Notes: generated by a model not told the origin, from the sequence alone. 64,000 nt of DNA from Candidatus Moraniibacteriota bacterium (GCA_030648835.1 JAUSGT010000002.1:309458-373457), one strand, 5' to 3'; counted from the stretch's first letter, positions 19,096-29,525 are shown. Numbers and translations: made by a program.

Positions 19096-19609
19096 TTTTA
19101 GGAATAAATTTACTCCCCGTATATGTTTCCTTTTCCTTTAGCAATTCTTCTTGCATATGGGCAAAGTGACCAAAAAAATCATCAACAATATCCGCATCCA
19201 CGGAAGGTTTGACCACGTTTCTGGCGCCTCCGTCTATCATGCGTTGTGAGTGGATGAGTATCTTGTCAATTTTCAAAGTACGATTATAGCCTCCGTCAGT
19301 GAAAATTTCCACATCGTGACCGCCCAACGCCCCTGAAAAATGTTTCCCAACAAAACCTTTTTGGTTGAATGTTTTTCTTGATTCTGTCATCGAGAGATTT
19401 CGATACTCGTCCCTCGTAGCTTTTTCCAATACATTCTCGACCAGAGCAGCCTCCCTCGTCGTATCGATGTAATTCTCCATGGTTCTCTTCTGCTGTTTCT
19501 TCAAAGTTTTTCTTGCGGGGGCGCCGGCTTCGCCTAATGTGGCCATCGCTTCCTTCTGAGCTTTGATGAGCGCTTCATAGTCTTGCCTATCGGGTGAAAA
19601 TTCTGGCAT
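19058..19609 (-). CDS. Hypothetical protein
   Basis: 183-aa ORF convergent with the sigma factor gene; no recognisable motif. Confidence 0.35.
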   Translation of the reverse strand: MPEFSPDRQDYEALIKAQKEAMATLGEAGAPARKTLKKQQKRTMENYIDTTREAALVENVLEKATRDEYRNLSMTESRKTFNQKGFVGKHFSGALGGHDVEIFTDGGYNRTLKIDKILIHSQRMIDGGARNVVKPSVDADIVDDFFGHFAHMQEELLKEKETYTGSKFIPKTTRKTFPDQMGL

Positions 19610-19747
19610 AGAGTGGAAAGGTTAATTCTTTCTCATAGAATAACACAAAATCCTTAGAATCTGTATTCGTTACCGAGAAACGAAGAAAGCGCTTTTTACT
19701 CCAGGTAAAAAGCGCTTATTATGAGTCATCTTTTCGATACTCTCTGG

Positions 19748-19996
19748 CTAACGTCTGACAGCCTTGAGAATGGCGATGAGAACGACGGCGCCGACAAGCG
19801 CGACGACAAAGCTCGAAAGGTTGAAACCACTGACGTCCCCACCGAAGCCAAAGAAATTGAAAAGCCAGCTTCCCAAGACAGATCCGACGATGCCGACGAT
19901 GACATTGAGGAGAATGCCTTGTTGCGCGTCAGTATTCATGAGGAGTGACGCTACCCACCCGACGATGCCTCCGAAAATGATATAGACGAGAAAACT
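19748..19996 (-). CDS. GlsB/YeaQ/YmgE-family (transglycosylase-associated) membrane protein
   Basis: IIFGGIVGWVASLLM ... GSVLGSWLFNFFG pattern typical of this family. Confidence 0.6.
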   Translation of the reverse strand, partial: SFLVYIIFGGIVGWVASLLMNTDAQQGILLNVIVGIVGSVLGSWLFNFFGFGGDVSGFNLSSFVVALVGAVVLIAILKAVRR

Positions 19997-20036
19997 CATA
20001 TGTTTTGTGATAATTATTATGTATGCTTGAAGTAAA

Positions 20037-20267
20037 CTACTTCTTGATATTGACGTCGATTTTGTCAGGGACAGGGATATTGACAGTCGTTCCGGTATTT
20101 TCACTATTTGCGTTTTGGGAGCCTCGCATAGCAGGCCATCCGTAAATGACGAAAAGAAAAATGACTACGATTGCCACCAAGATGCCGACAATCATTCCCA
20201 TCCCGCTACCTCCATCCGAAGAAGCTGGTGCTGGGTTTGTAGGGGGAGTGTTGATTATAGTTGTCAT
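20037..20267 (-). CDS. Small membrane protein, hypothetical
   Basis: 76 aa with one TM helix. Confidence 0.3.
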   Translation of the reverse strand: MTTIINTPPTNPAPASSDGGSGMGMIVGILVAIVVIFLFVIYGWPAMRGSQNANSENTGTTVNIPVPDKIDVNIKK

Positions 20268-20291
20268 AAATTGTGAGTTTAAAAGTTATAC

Positions 20292-20648
20292 TTACTGGTC
20301 CTGCCGATCCAGCTTTACGGCTGCCTCCGGTGTGGAGACGGTCTTTCCCATAACGAGGAGCTTGATGATGCCGAGAGCCACTACCCAATAAACGAACATA
20401 GCCAAGATAGTCGTCCATTCGAAAACGCTGCCTTGAGCCTTTGATACTTTGAATACAGCGACGAAAGGCGCAGCAAATGGCGCTGTTACTGAATAGATGA
20501 AACTGGTGAATCCGGCCCCCGCATTGGCACCGAGCAGTTTCAATACGAGGCGGAAAGCGAGCAATACTTCCACGAGCCCTAGGATGTAATAGACTATCTG
20601 CGTTCCGCGATAGAGCGGCTTGGTGCTGCCTGATGACATGGCATCCAT
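20292..20648 (-). CDS. YggT-like membrane protein
   Basis: Two TM helices, YILGLVEVLLAFRLVLKLL pattern reminiscent of YggT/Ycf19. Confidence 0.45.
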   Translation of the reverse strand: MDAMSSGSTKPLYRGTQIVYYILGLVEVLLAFRLVLKLLGANAGAGFTSFIYSVTAPFAAPFVAVFKVSKAQGSVFEWTTILAMFVYWVVALGIIKLLVMGKTVSTPEAAVKLDRQDQ

Positions 20649-20844
20649 ATGTTTGAAGTTAATAATTATGTGTTTACGGTTTCAATAAACTGAATAGAAT
20701 CATGGTTTTATGTCGTTAATGATGATGTATTTATTGCGAACCTTTTGGTACGCATTTAAATGGCCTATTTAAAGTATACTCCTTATCTAAGTTACTTAAC
20801 ATAGTTAAATACATTATAGCAAACATCATAGCCTTGTCAAACGA

Positions 20845-21276
20845 TTAAGAGGGCTTTTTCCCAAGACTTTTTCCGTTGCGGACAATACCTGTTAAGACTT
20901 CCTTATATACTTCTATCTTTTTGGAAGGAATTCCTCGCAGTATTCTTCCAAGAATTTTTTGAATATCTTTCTCAATTTGAGCGAGCCTCTTTTTTCCCTT
21001 CACAGTAATGTCTACACATTTCACGCGTCTGTCTCGCGAGTGTTTCCCTATGACAATATTCTTCTTATACAAGAGCGTTTTGAGTGTCCGAGTAATCAGT
21101 GGCGTGCGGACAGCCAGTTTTCCTGCGATTTCCGTAACTCGAAGCTCTCCTTCGTCATGCACCAATTCCAAAAGCTTCCACTCCGTATGGGTGGTGCGGT
21201 ACTTGGCAAGAATTGGGTTGTGAAAAGCCTCAAGGGTACGATAGGCCTTCCACTGGAGCAGTCCCGTGCGGCGCAT
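20845..21276 (-). CDS. MarR-family transcriptional regulator
   Basis: Winged HTH (LRVTEIAGKLAVRTPLITRTLKTL...RRVKCVDITVKG). Confidence 0.75.
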   Translation of the reverse strand: MRRTGLLQWKAYRTLEAFHNPILAKYRTTHTEWKLLELVHDEGELRVTEIAGKLAVRTPLITRTLKTLLYKKNIVIGKHSRDRRVKCVDITVKGKKRLAQIEKDIQKILGRILRGIPSKKIEVYKEVLTGIVRNGKSLGKKPS

Positions 21277-21356
21277 AATGCTTAACTTAGTTAAATGATA
21301 TGAGTAGGATACCTCATTATCACAAACCAGTCAAGCACGTCACTGTGTTGCTTCTA

Positions 21357-21569
21357 TGTAGCCCCAAGGGGAGTTCCGCCTCGCTGTCTTTTGACAGCTT
21401 CGTTGCCCTGGGCAGCGCTGAATGCTCGCTTGCTCACATTCATCGACACTCGCCAGTCTCGCCTACGCTCGAAGGCTCGCACCTGCCCGTCCGACTCCCT
21501 AAAGAATATAAACAAAATTCCCACCCATGAAGATGAGTGGAAATTTTTGTTTGTAGCCCCAAGGGGAGT
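21357..21569 (-). mobile_element. tRNA-linked mini-insertion: perfect 18-bp direct repeat tgtagccccaaggggagt (21357-21374 and 21552-21569) flanking a 177-bp element at the tRNA-Glu 3' end
   Basis: Repeat read directly; second copy is the 3' end of tRNA-Glu. Confidence 0.6.
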
Positions 21570-21625
21570 CGGACCCCTCTTACCAGGATGAAAACCTGGT
21601 GTCCTAACCGATAGACGATGGGGCC
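21554..21625 (-). tRNA. tRNA-Glu (anticodon UUC)
   Basis: ggcccca/tggggct acceptor, anticodon stem accagg/cctggt with loop ttttcat. Confidence 0.8.
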
Positions 21626-21839
21626 CTTTTTCGCTAAAGCTTCATAAGGGCGAAGCCATATCTCTTCCTTGATATAAAGAAAAAGCAGTCTGTCAACTGC
21701 CTTGATATGGTAGCATAAAAACTTGTTTTAGCAAGAGTGAGTCGCATTGCTTTTTTATTGACAAATAAGGTGAGATTTTACATACTGGCGATGCTATCCA
21801 AATGGGTGGCACATTTCAAACAACCGGGAGTAGATACCA

Positions 21840-22139
21840 ATGTCGTTAAATAGGCACAGCCGTATCATTACCTGCTTGCAGGAGGCAGGTGGGACGCTTT
21901 CTTTCCTCGAAGTCATCAAACGTGTTAACGCTTCATCCGGGCGAGATTACACGGAATCCATGATGGCGCTGGACATGAGAGCCCTTTCCTTTGGTGGGTT
22001 GGTCTCTGTCACTGGCCAGGGTGGACAGGCGATGGTTTCCTTGACCGAGGAAGGGAAAATGAAGCAGGTGAATTTCGTTCCGAGTGCATCTGGGCGAGGA
22101 CACAGCAAACCTCACGCGGAACAGCAGACAAACATGTAA
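21840..22139 (+). CDS. Hypothetical protein
   Basis: 99-aa ORF with upstream TTGACA-like promoter element. Confidence 0.3.
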   Translation: MSLNRHSRIITCLQEAGGTLSFLEVIKRVNASSGRDYTESMMALDMRALSFGGLVSVTGQGGQAMVSLTEEGKMKQVNFVPSASGRGHSKPHAEQQTNM

Positions 22140-22201
22140 CCAGCGCGTCCAGCGCGACGCACAACACGAGCGGGAGACCTTTTGAGGAAAGGCTCCCGTT
22201 G

Positions 22202-23473
22202 TTAATTTTCCGAGGCACTATCCGGAAGTTCAAGAGCATTTTCTTTGCAGATTTTGGCGTAGGCGAGGGCACTCGGGCGGACGGTGCGTTTTTGGGTAGC
22301 ATAGTCGATTTCAATTAATCCGAAGCGCGGCCAAAAACCTTTGTCCCATTCGAAATTATCCAGGAGCGACCAATGGAGATAGCCGCGCACGTCGGCACCA
22401 CTTTGGATGGCTGTGTGGAGGGAAGCGAGCGCTTCGCGGATGAAGCGGGGGCGGAGATCGTCGTCGGCATCGGCGAGACCGTTTTCCGTAATATAAATCG
22501 GCTTTCCGTATTTTGTCAGTTCCATAACCGTTTGCCCGAGAGACTGCGGATAAAATTCCCAACCAAAATCCGTTTGGATCTCGTTTTTGTTCTTATTGTA
22601 GCCGCCGGTGATGCGGTGATGATGGTAGTGATTCAAGCCGATGAAATCCTGATGAGCGACAATTTTTTTGAGAAACCAATCATTCCAGAGAGAGTCCGCC
22701 AGTCTTTTAAGCAAGCGGTTCACGAGCGTATTGTCGGTGGCCTCGAACCAGATGTTGTGTTTCGCGACGCCTACCCGGGATTCCGGGAAAATTTTCTTTA
22801 TGACGGCGTAGGCTTTTTTGTGGGCGTCGGCTTGCCGTCGCAACGCCTTGAAGAATGAAAAAATATTTTTCTTTTGGGGCGGCCAGATGCCTTTCATATA
22901 AGCGCCACCGGCAAAGACGTCCGGCTCATTGATGGTTATCCAGTAGTGGATATGCTCTCCGAGAGCCTGGGCTACTTTTTCGGTATAGCGTTCAAAACAA
23001 TCGGGGAAATCTTTATGGAGTACACCTCCTTTTTTTGAAAGCCAGAGAGGGAGGGTGAAATGGAGAAGCGTGACGAATGGCTCGAGACCGCGTTCTCGGA
23101 GCGAGAGAAGGACAACACGGTAATGCTCGATGGCTTTTTCATCGAATCTTCCCTCTTCCGGCTCGATCCGCGACCATTCGATAGAAAAGCGGTGGGCATT
23201 GTGGCCCAGATCTTTCGCGAGATCGAAATCTTCTCGGAAACGATTATAGTGATCGCAAGCGAGGCCGGAAATATAATTTTTGGGGTTCGTCGCTTCTCCC
23301 TCAAATTCCTTCCAATGAGGATTCCAGCGGAAGTCCTTTTCCGATTCGCGCGCCAGGCGCTCGGCATTTGCTTTCTCCCATTCGCTCCAATCGTTGTGTT
23401 GCCCTCCCTCAACTTGATGGGCAGCGGTCGCCGCGCCCCAATAAAATTTTTCAGGAAATTTGAGAATCTTCAT
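22202..23473 (-). CDS. GH1 family beta-glucosidase
   Basis: WGAATAAHQVEGG, TINEPDVF (acid/base Glu), YITENGLA (nucleophile Glu). Confidence 0.85.
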   Translation of the reverse strand: MKILKFPEKFYWGAATAAHQVEGGQHNDWSEWEKANAERLARESEKDFRWNPHWKEFEGEATNPKNYISGLACDHYNRFREDFDLAKDLGHNAHRFSIEWSRIEPEEGRFDEKAIEHYRVVLLSLRERGLEPFVTLLHFTLPLWLSKKGGVLHKDFPDCFERYTEKVAQALGEHIHYWITINEPDVFAGGAYMKGIWPPQKKNIFSFFKALRRQADAHKKAYAVIKKIFPESRVGVAKHNIWFEATDNTLVNRLLKRLADSLWNDWFLKKIVAHQDFIGLNHYHHHRITGGYNKNKNEIQTDFGWEFYPQSLGQTVMELTKYGKPIYITENGLADADDDLRPRFIREALASLHTAIQSGADVRGYLHWSLLDNFEWDKGFWPRFGLIEIDYATQKRTVRPSALAYAKICKENALELPDSASEN

Positions 23474-23799
23474 ATTGTCAGTATAAAAGAATTCAAGCTG
23501 CTTGGGAATACCAGGCAGCTTGATGGGTGTGGGTTCGAGTTTGGCTTAGCCAGGATGATTCGGGTACCGAATCAGGGGTTTCCATTGCTTGCGCAAGTTA
23601 TATGCCCAGATTCAAATGCGGAACCACTATCACCAGCTTTCCCGACTTAGATTCATGAGGTAAACCCCATTTCAGTTTCGGGTGGCTGTTCCACATGCAG
23701 AAGTTTCTCTGCGTGAGGAGTCTCTTTTGATTTCCTCCAAACTCTTACTGACAGAATAGTACGATAGCCAATTTGTGTCAATAGCATTTTGTTGACTTT

Positions 23800-25527
23800 T
23801 TGGCTCAGAATAGGTATTATTTGAAACATATTATGCAACCATTTTCTTTTCCTGATCCGCGGACGACGGAACCGGCCAAAAGGCGGGCTCAGCGGGCTAT
23901 TGAGATGATTCCAGGACTTCTTACCTGGACGACGCTTTTGGGTATGGTCGTTTTTTCTTTTTTTCTGCCGGTGTGGGCGGCGATTTTTGTGATCGTTTTT
24001 GATATTTACTGGATCCACAAGGCGCTCTACATTTCTCTTTTTTCACTCGCCGGACAGCGTGATGTCGTCGAGGGGAAGCGTATCAATTGGTGGGAGCGTT
24101 GTCAGAATATTGCCCACCCGGAGGAATACAGTGAAATGCTCAAAGAGCGCATCAAAAGTCTCTATGCCGGTATGAAAGAAATGTCTTTTTTCGCCGTGCG
24201 CGATCGCTATACGATGAAGAAAGAGATTCGGCGTTTAAAAAAAATTCAGAGAGAAACGCGGGAACTTTTCTCTCTCAAAGATCAGATTTTGGATTGGCGC
24301 GATATTATTCACGTGGTACTTCTTCCGACAGCCGGGGAGCCGGCGGAAATCATCGAGCCGGCTATTCGGTCGCTGGCAGAGAGCAATTTTCCCAAAGAGC
24401 AGATGATCGTTCTTTTGGCGACGGAAGAGCGCGAGGACTCGAAAACCCGTTTGGCGAAAGTGGAATACCTGAAAAAAAAATTCGGTGGAGTATTCCGTGA
24501 TTTTCTCGTGACGACGCATATCGTGGTGGAAGGAGAATTGAAATGCAAAGCTTCCAACGCCGGATTTGCCGCCCGCGAGCTTATGAAATATCTGGATGAA
24601 CACAACATCGATTACAAGCGGGTGATTTTCTCCAACTTCGATTGTGACAGCGTGGCGCATCGGGAATATTTCGCGGCCCTGACGTACCGCTACATCACCG
24701 ATCCCAAGCGTCTCCAGCGCGCCTATCAGCCTCTCCCGACATATCACAACAATCTCTGGGATACGAACGCCTTCGTGCGTCTCGTGGTGACGGGATCATC
24801 GTTCTGGCATTTGTACCAGAGTACACGGCAGGAAATGGTGACGTTCTCCTCGCATTCGGAGCCGTTCGACACGTTGGTAAAAGTGGGTTTCTGGCCGGTG
24901 AATATGATCAGCGAAGACTCGATCATCTATTGGAAATGTCTCGCTTATTTTCACGGTGATTACAAGGTCCAGCCGATCCATTTGCCGATATCGCTGGACG
25001 CGGTGTTGGCCAGTACGTACTGGAAGACACTGGTCAATCAGTATAAGCAGAAACGGCGCTGGGCGTATGGCATCGAAAATTTTCCGGTGACGATGCGCGC
25101 CGTCTGGCCGGACAAATTGATTTGTCTCCGCACCAAATTGCGGGTGACGTTTGAGATGCTTGAGGGGCACTACTCGTGGGCGACGACGTCTTTTATCCTG
25201 ACTTTCCTAGGTTGGTTGCCGCTTCTTTTCGGTGGGGCAGCTTTTCGAGAAAGCGTGCTTGCACACAATCTTCCATTCATTACCAAAACACTAATGACAT
25301 TGGGGTTGATGGGTTTGTGTATTTCTATCCCGATGTCGCTTTTGTCGTTACCTCCGCGTCCGAAAAAATATCATTGGTCACGACATTTTCTTATGTTGTT
25401 TCAATGGATACTTATTCCGCTGGTTGGATTCCTTTCGGCCTTTCCGGCGGTCGACTCGCAGACACGTATCCTTCTCGGCAAGTACTTTGGTGAATTCTGG
25501 GTAACGGAGAAAATGCGTAAGGGCTAG
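23800..25527 (+). CDS. Processive family-2 glycosyltransferase (cellulose-synthase-like) with N- and C-terminal TM segments
   Basis: GT2 core with D..D and QKRRW (QxxRW) motif; multiple TM helices. Confidence 0.7.
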   Translation: MAQNRYYLKHIMQPFSFPDPRTTEPAKRRAQRAIEMIPGLLTWTTLLGMVVFSFFLPVWAAIFVIVFDIYWIHKALYISLFSLAGQRDVVEGKRINWWERCQNIAHPEEYSEMLKERIKSLYAGMKEMSFFAVRDRYTMKKEIRRLKKIQRETRELFSLKDQILDWRDIIHVVLLPTAGEPAEIIEPAIRSLAESNFPKEQMIVLLATEEREDSKTRLAKVEYLKKKFGGVFRDFLVTTHIVVEGELKCKASNAGFAARELMKYLDEHNIDYKRVIFSNFDCDSVAHREYFAALTYRYITDPKRLQRAYQPLPTYHNNLWDTNAFVRLVVTGSSFWHLYQSTRQEMVTFSSHSEPFDTLVKVGFWPVNMISEDSIIYWKCLAYFHGDYKVQPIHLPISLDAVLASTYWKTLVNQYKQKRRWAYGIENFPVTMRAVWPDKLICLRTKLRVTFEMLEGHYSWATTSFILTFLGWLPLLFGGAAFRESVLAHNLPFITKTLMTLGLMGLCISIPMSLLSLPPRPKKYHWSRHFLMLFQWILIPLVGFLSAFPAVDSQTRILLGKYFGEFWVTEKMRKG

Positions 25528-25686
25528 CATGAGGAAGAGAGAATCAGGAATGAAGAGAAGTGTAATGAAACGGATTGATATCCGTCTCAATATATAGTTG
25601 GTTTTTGCGGCGGGAGCCTGTTGTGAGGGTGGCTCGGGTTGTTTTTTGTGGCAAAGGAGAAAAAAGGGAGATTAATATGATATTCA

Positions 25687-26292
25687 TTGTACATGGAGAC
25701 GCTCATCGTTTTTCAAAATATTCTTATCGGCAACGCGCTTGCTTTCCTGGTGCTTATTCCGACCACTTCCTTATTTATTGATATGGGATTCGTCCTGAAG
25801 GGAGTGCTATACACAATTTCGTTTGGCGCCGTCTTTTTGGTTATGCTCGTGCGTCCATTGGCGGATATTTTTACCGAGCAGCTGTGGCTCCGCCGTCTGG
25901 TGATCTTGCGCAAAGGACTGGGCATCTTGTCGGCGTCAATCATTGTCGGTTTTATGCTCTCGGCTATCATTGCCCCGGAGTCTATTTATTCGCAATCTCT
26001 TTTTACGGTAGATTTCTATTCTTTCGATAACTATCGTTTTTTCGCGCATATCGGAGATATCTCAGGCTTCATCCTTCTCATCACATCAAACATATTTTCC
26101 CAAAAACTTCTCAAGCGGAATTGGAAGCGTATACAGAGGCTTTCCTATGTGTATTTCTATGCTGGTGGCATCTATGAGGCGTTTGCCCTCAAGAGTATGT
26201 TTGCCTTTTACGCTTTGTTAATTGTTACCGCTCTGACCACACTAGCGTGGGCTGCTAAAATCTTGCGCAGGAATCTCGTCTTGGGTAGTTAA
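25687..26292 (+). CDS. Polytopic membrane protein, hypothetical
   Basis: 201 aa, about 5 predicted TM helices. Confidence 0.35.
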   Translation: MYMETLIVFQNILIGNALAFLVLIPTTSLFIDMGFVLKGVLYTISFGAVFLVMLVRPLADIFTEQLWLRRLVILRKGLGILSASIIVGFMLSAIIAPESIYSQSLFTVDFYSFDNYRFFAHIGDISGFILLITSNIFSQKLLKRNWKRIQRLSYVYFYAGGIYEAFALKSMFAFYALLIVTALTTLAWAAKILRRNLVLGS

Positions 26293-26392
26293 AAATCAAG
26301 AAAAAGAAGAAAATCAAAACCCGCCTCTGATTGATATTCCAATCATTGGCGGGCTGGAGTTAAGAGGGACGAAAAAGTGCGCGCGTTTGTTG

Positions 26393-26752
26393 TCAGTAGC
26401 CGAATCTGGGGCGCCATGGTCGCCATTCTGGTACCGGTTCGGCGGCGATGCGCGCAAATCTTGCGGCCTCTTCTGCTTCTCTGACCTTTCTGTTTTCCGC
26501 GTTTTCTCTTTCTCGGATGCAGACAGTACAGGTGCCGGCTCCTTTGCACCGGCAGTCGCGCATCCACCCATTCGGATGTACAGGCTTTGGTTTTGGGGAG
26601 ACACCTGCCAGACTGGCGTATTTGTTCACGCTGTGATGAGTGACATTGTTATTGGATCTCTTTCTTTTTTGTCCGCTCGTGTGCCTCACTTGCGATTCGA
26701 AGGTTTTCCCGCCGCCTTTGCGCTTCTGTTGCCCCGATAGCACCTTGCTCAT
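26393..26752 (-). CDS. Possible small basic zinc-ribbon protein in GC-rich patch (uncertain; an opposing ORF of similar length also exists)
   Basis: C-x-C-x6-C-x2-C cluster; Lys/Arg-rich N-terminus. Confidence 0.2.
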   Translation of the reverse strand: MSKVLSGQQKRKGGGKTFESQVRHTSGQKRKRSNNNVTHHSVNKYASLAGVSPKPKPVHPNGWMRDCRCKGAGTCTVCIRERENAENRKVREAEEAARFARIAAEPVPEWRPWRPRFGY

Positions 26753-26934
26753 TGTTGTCCCCTCGTTGTGATGTTAACGGAAAAAAGACGAATAAATAAT
26801 TTTTTAAAAAGCAATATAGTATTGTCAGCCTTTCTTTTCAAAAAGTCAAATTTATCCAGCACCTTCTAAAATACCCCGTGGTCTTGTCACGGGGATGAAC
26901 GGGAATACAAATCCTTGCGGTGAAGATGCTGGAT

Positions 26935-29022
26935 TTACTCCAAGTGAATCTGTTCCTCGAATTTTTGGAGAGCATCTTTGAGGAGCGGGTGATCGACAAG
27001 GAGAGCATCTTCGGAAAGGATGAGCTTGGCTTCCTCACGGGCAATCTGAATAAGTTTCATATTGGTGAGGTTTTCCATCGCGATATCCGGCATGCCTGAT
27101 TGGCGCGTGCCGAAGAACGCTCCCGGACCGCGGATACCGAGATCGGCCTCGGCAATTGTGAAACCATTGGTGGTTTTTTCGAGAATTTTCAATCTTTCGT
27201 TTATCGATTGAGCTTCTTGATGTGGAAACAGGAAACAGTATGATTGGTGTTCGGCGCGACCGACGCGTCCGCGGAATTGATGTAGTTGGGCCAGTCCGAA
27301 ACGCTCGGCCTCCTCGATAATAATAATGCTGGCGTTGGGAACATTGATACCGACTTCGACGACCGCGGTGGCAACGAGAATATCGTATTTTTTCTCCTGA
27401 AAATCGCGCATTACTTCTTCTTTTTCTTTTGCCTTCAATCTGCCGTGGAGCAAGCCTATTTTCAAATGCGGAAAAACTTCTTCTTCGAGGCGTTTATGTT
27501 CCGCCACCGCCGCCTTGATTTCTTTGAGAGCCAACGATTCTTCAACGAGTGGGAAAATGATGAAAGCCTGGCGGCCTTTGGCAATTTCACTCCGCACCAG
27601 TGCGTATGTTTTTTCGCGCTCACTGTTACTTGCGGCGATGCGGGTGATAATCGGTTTGCGGTCTTTGGGGAGCTCATCGAGAAGTGAGAGATCGAGATTA
27701 CCGAAAAACGCCAGCGTTAGCGTGCGTGGGATGGGGGTGGCTGTCATACTCAAGAAATGCGGCACTATTTCTTTCGATTCATCAAGACTTGTATATGAGA
27801 GCTCTTGCAATCGCGCTCTCTGTGAGACGCCGAAGCGATGCTGTTCATCCACAACGATGAGAGCCAGGTTGTCGAAAGCGACATCGTTTTGAAGGAGGGC
27901 GTGGGTACCGACGATGATTTTTGGGATGCCGGCGCTGATGGCTTTGAGAAGGGTCGGGCGTGTCACGGTTGTGCCACCAAAGATTCGATAACTGCCGGTG
28001 AAAAGGGTGATATCATGTTGTGTCTCTCTAAAGATTTTGGAGAGGCTTTCGAAGTGTTGTCTCGCCAGGACTTCGGTCGGAGCGAGTATAGCGGTCTGTA
28101 AACCGTTTTCTGCGGCAACAAAAGCGGCTATGGCTGCGACGATAGTTTTTCCTGACCCAACATCACCATTCAAGAGTCGGTTCATCGGGCGTGTTTTTTT
28201 CAGATCGGCGAGGATTTCCGTGCTGGCTTTCTTTTGGGCATTGGTGAGAGTGAAGGGGAATGTGGCTATGAATTTTTTGAGCGCGGTTTCATCACAAGTA
28301 AGAGGATTCCCTCTGGCCGTTTCAAAAAGCGCCTTTACCTGTAAAGCTTTGAGCTGGACGAAGAACATTTCATCAAAAGCAAAGCGTTTGCGCGCCAAGA
28401 GAGCGAACTTCTCGCTTTTGGGGAAGTGAATATAGAAGAGAGCTTGTTTGAGGGAAGGTAGATGGAGACGATCAAGGATTTCTTCCGGTACGGGGTCGGG
28501 GAATTGCGCGAGTTTTTGGAAAATGCCGGTCAATTGCCAGCGAAAAAATCTGGAGGTCAGGCCGGAAGTTTCCGGATAGACAGGTACGAGGCGACCGGTG
28601 TGGGTGGCATCGCGCTCGCTTCGCTCAAAGGCGGGGTTTTGCATGATGAGTCCATCGCGGTCACGGCTCACCTTCCCGCTGACGCGGATTTGCATATCCG
28701 ATTTCAGAGTTTGCGCGACGAAGCGCTGGTTGAACCAGATGAGACGAATCTGTCCGCTTTCATCTACGAGTGTCGCTTCGGTGAGCAGCATTTTTTTCTT
28801 CCAGGTGCGACCGGCTTTGATGTCTGTCACTGTTCCGACGAGCGTGCATTTTTCGTCGGGTATGAGGGAATCGATGGGGTGGATTTCCGTGTAATCCTCG
28901 TAGCGATGCGGGAAATGATACAACATATCGCGCACGCTGAAAATTTCCAGACGCTGTAGTTTTCCGAGCGTCAGTTTTTTGATGGAAGGAATGTTCGCGA
29001 GCGGGGTATCGAAAGTAAACAT
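26935..29022 (-). CDS. recG: ATP-dependent DNA helicase RecG
   Basis: Wedge domain then GDVGSGKT (Walker A), VVDEQHRFG (DEQH), helicase C motifs. Confidence 0.9.
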   Translation of the reverse strand: MFTFDTPLANIPSIKKLTLGKLQRLEIFSVRDMLYHFPHRYEDYTEIHPIDSLIPDEKCTLVGTVTDIKAGRTWKKKMLLTEATLVDESGQIRLIWFNQRFVAQTLKSDMQIRVSGKVSRDRDGLIMQNPAFERSERDATHTGRLVPVYPETSGLTSRFFRWQLTGIFQKLAQFPDPVPEEILDRLHLPSLKQALFYIHFPKSEKFALLARKRFAFDEMFFVQLKALQVKALFETARGNPLTCDETALKKFIATFPFTLTNAQKKASTEILADLKKTRPMNRLLNGDVGSGKTIVAAIAAFVAAENGLQTAILAPTEVLARQHFESLSKIFRETQHDITLFTGSYRIFGGTTVTRPTLLKAISAGIPKIIVGTHALLQNDVAFDNLALIVVDEQHRFGVSQRARLQELSYTSLDESKEIVPHFLSMTATPIPRTLTLAFFGNLDLSLLDELPKDRKPIITRIAASNSEREKTYALVRSEIAKGRQAFIIFPLVEESLALKEIKAAVAEHKRLEEEVFPHLKIGLLHGRLKAKEKEEVMRDFQEKKYDILVATAVVEVGINVPNASIIIIEEAERFGLAQLHQFRGRVGRAEHQSYCFLFPHQEAQSINERLKILEKTTNGFTIAEADLGIRGPGAFFGTRQSGMPDIAMENLTNMKLIQIAREEAKLILSEDALLVDHPLLKDALQKFEEQIHLE

Positions 29023-29050
29023 ACGTTCAGTATACCACCTGCAAAAACCG

Positions 29051-29099
29051 TTTTTAGATAAAAAAAGCCGATACTAAACACGCGCGTGCTAGTATCGGC
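29051..29099 (-). terminator. Rho-independent terminator (minus strand) after gene 29175-29525; A-run on the other side
   Basis: gccgatacta...tagtatcggc stem followed on the minus strand by TTTTTTTATCTAAAAA. Confidence 0.6.
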
Positions 29100-29174
29100 A
29101 AATGCCAAGAAGGAGAAATTAACTTGGCAGCGAAGTTGAGGGTTTAAAGAAACGTACTGAGTTGAATCAGCGGC

Positions 29175-29525
29175 TTAACGTATGGAAGCCGGCCGCCAGC
29201 GGGTTTTTTCCAACCGGGTCATTCGAAGCGCCGTTTTCTTGGGCGGTTTGACCGGGGTAACTTCCCCAATATCGAGGTATTGCAAGTTGGCAAGAATATG
29301 AAACTCCGTCAGACCCTGGGATTTTCCCATTCTCGTTAACAGGATCCGCCGGTTTCCCACATCCAAAGCCAGATGGGGGCGATCCCGGTGTGTTGCGTTA
29401 AATTTCCGTTGAAGTGTCCGAAGAGATCCCGCATGGCCATTGATCGGCTCACGGCTCTCAACCTCAGCCACGACAGATTTTCCTTCAGGGTTTATCTTAA
29501 CTTTCTTCACGCTAAACTGAGACAT
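29175..29525 (-). CDS. Hypothetical basic protein
   Basis: 116-aa ORF with own terminator; no recognisable motif. Confidence 0.3.
   Translation of the reverse strand: MSQFSVKKVKINPEGKSVVAEVESREPINGHAGSLRTLQRKFNATHRDRPHLALDVGNRRILLTRMGKSQGLTEFHILANLQYLDIGEVTPVKPPKKTALRMTRLEKTRWRPASIR

Noticed and set aside
21300-21591. Two small plus-strand ORFs (76 and 66 aa) over the tRNA-Glu region
   Set aside because: They overlap a tRNA gene and its duplicated-end element; no coding signal.
26387-26740. 117-aa plus-strand ORF opposite the putative zinc-ribbon ORF
   Set aside because: Mutually exclusive with the minus-strand ORF in a GC-rich patch. Neither has strong support, so only the one with a Cys cluster was listed, at low confidence.
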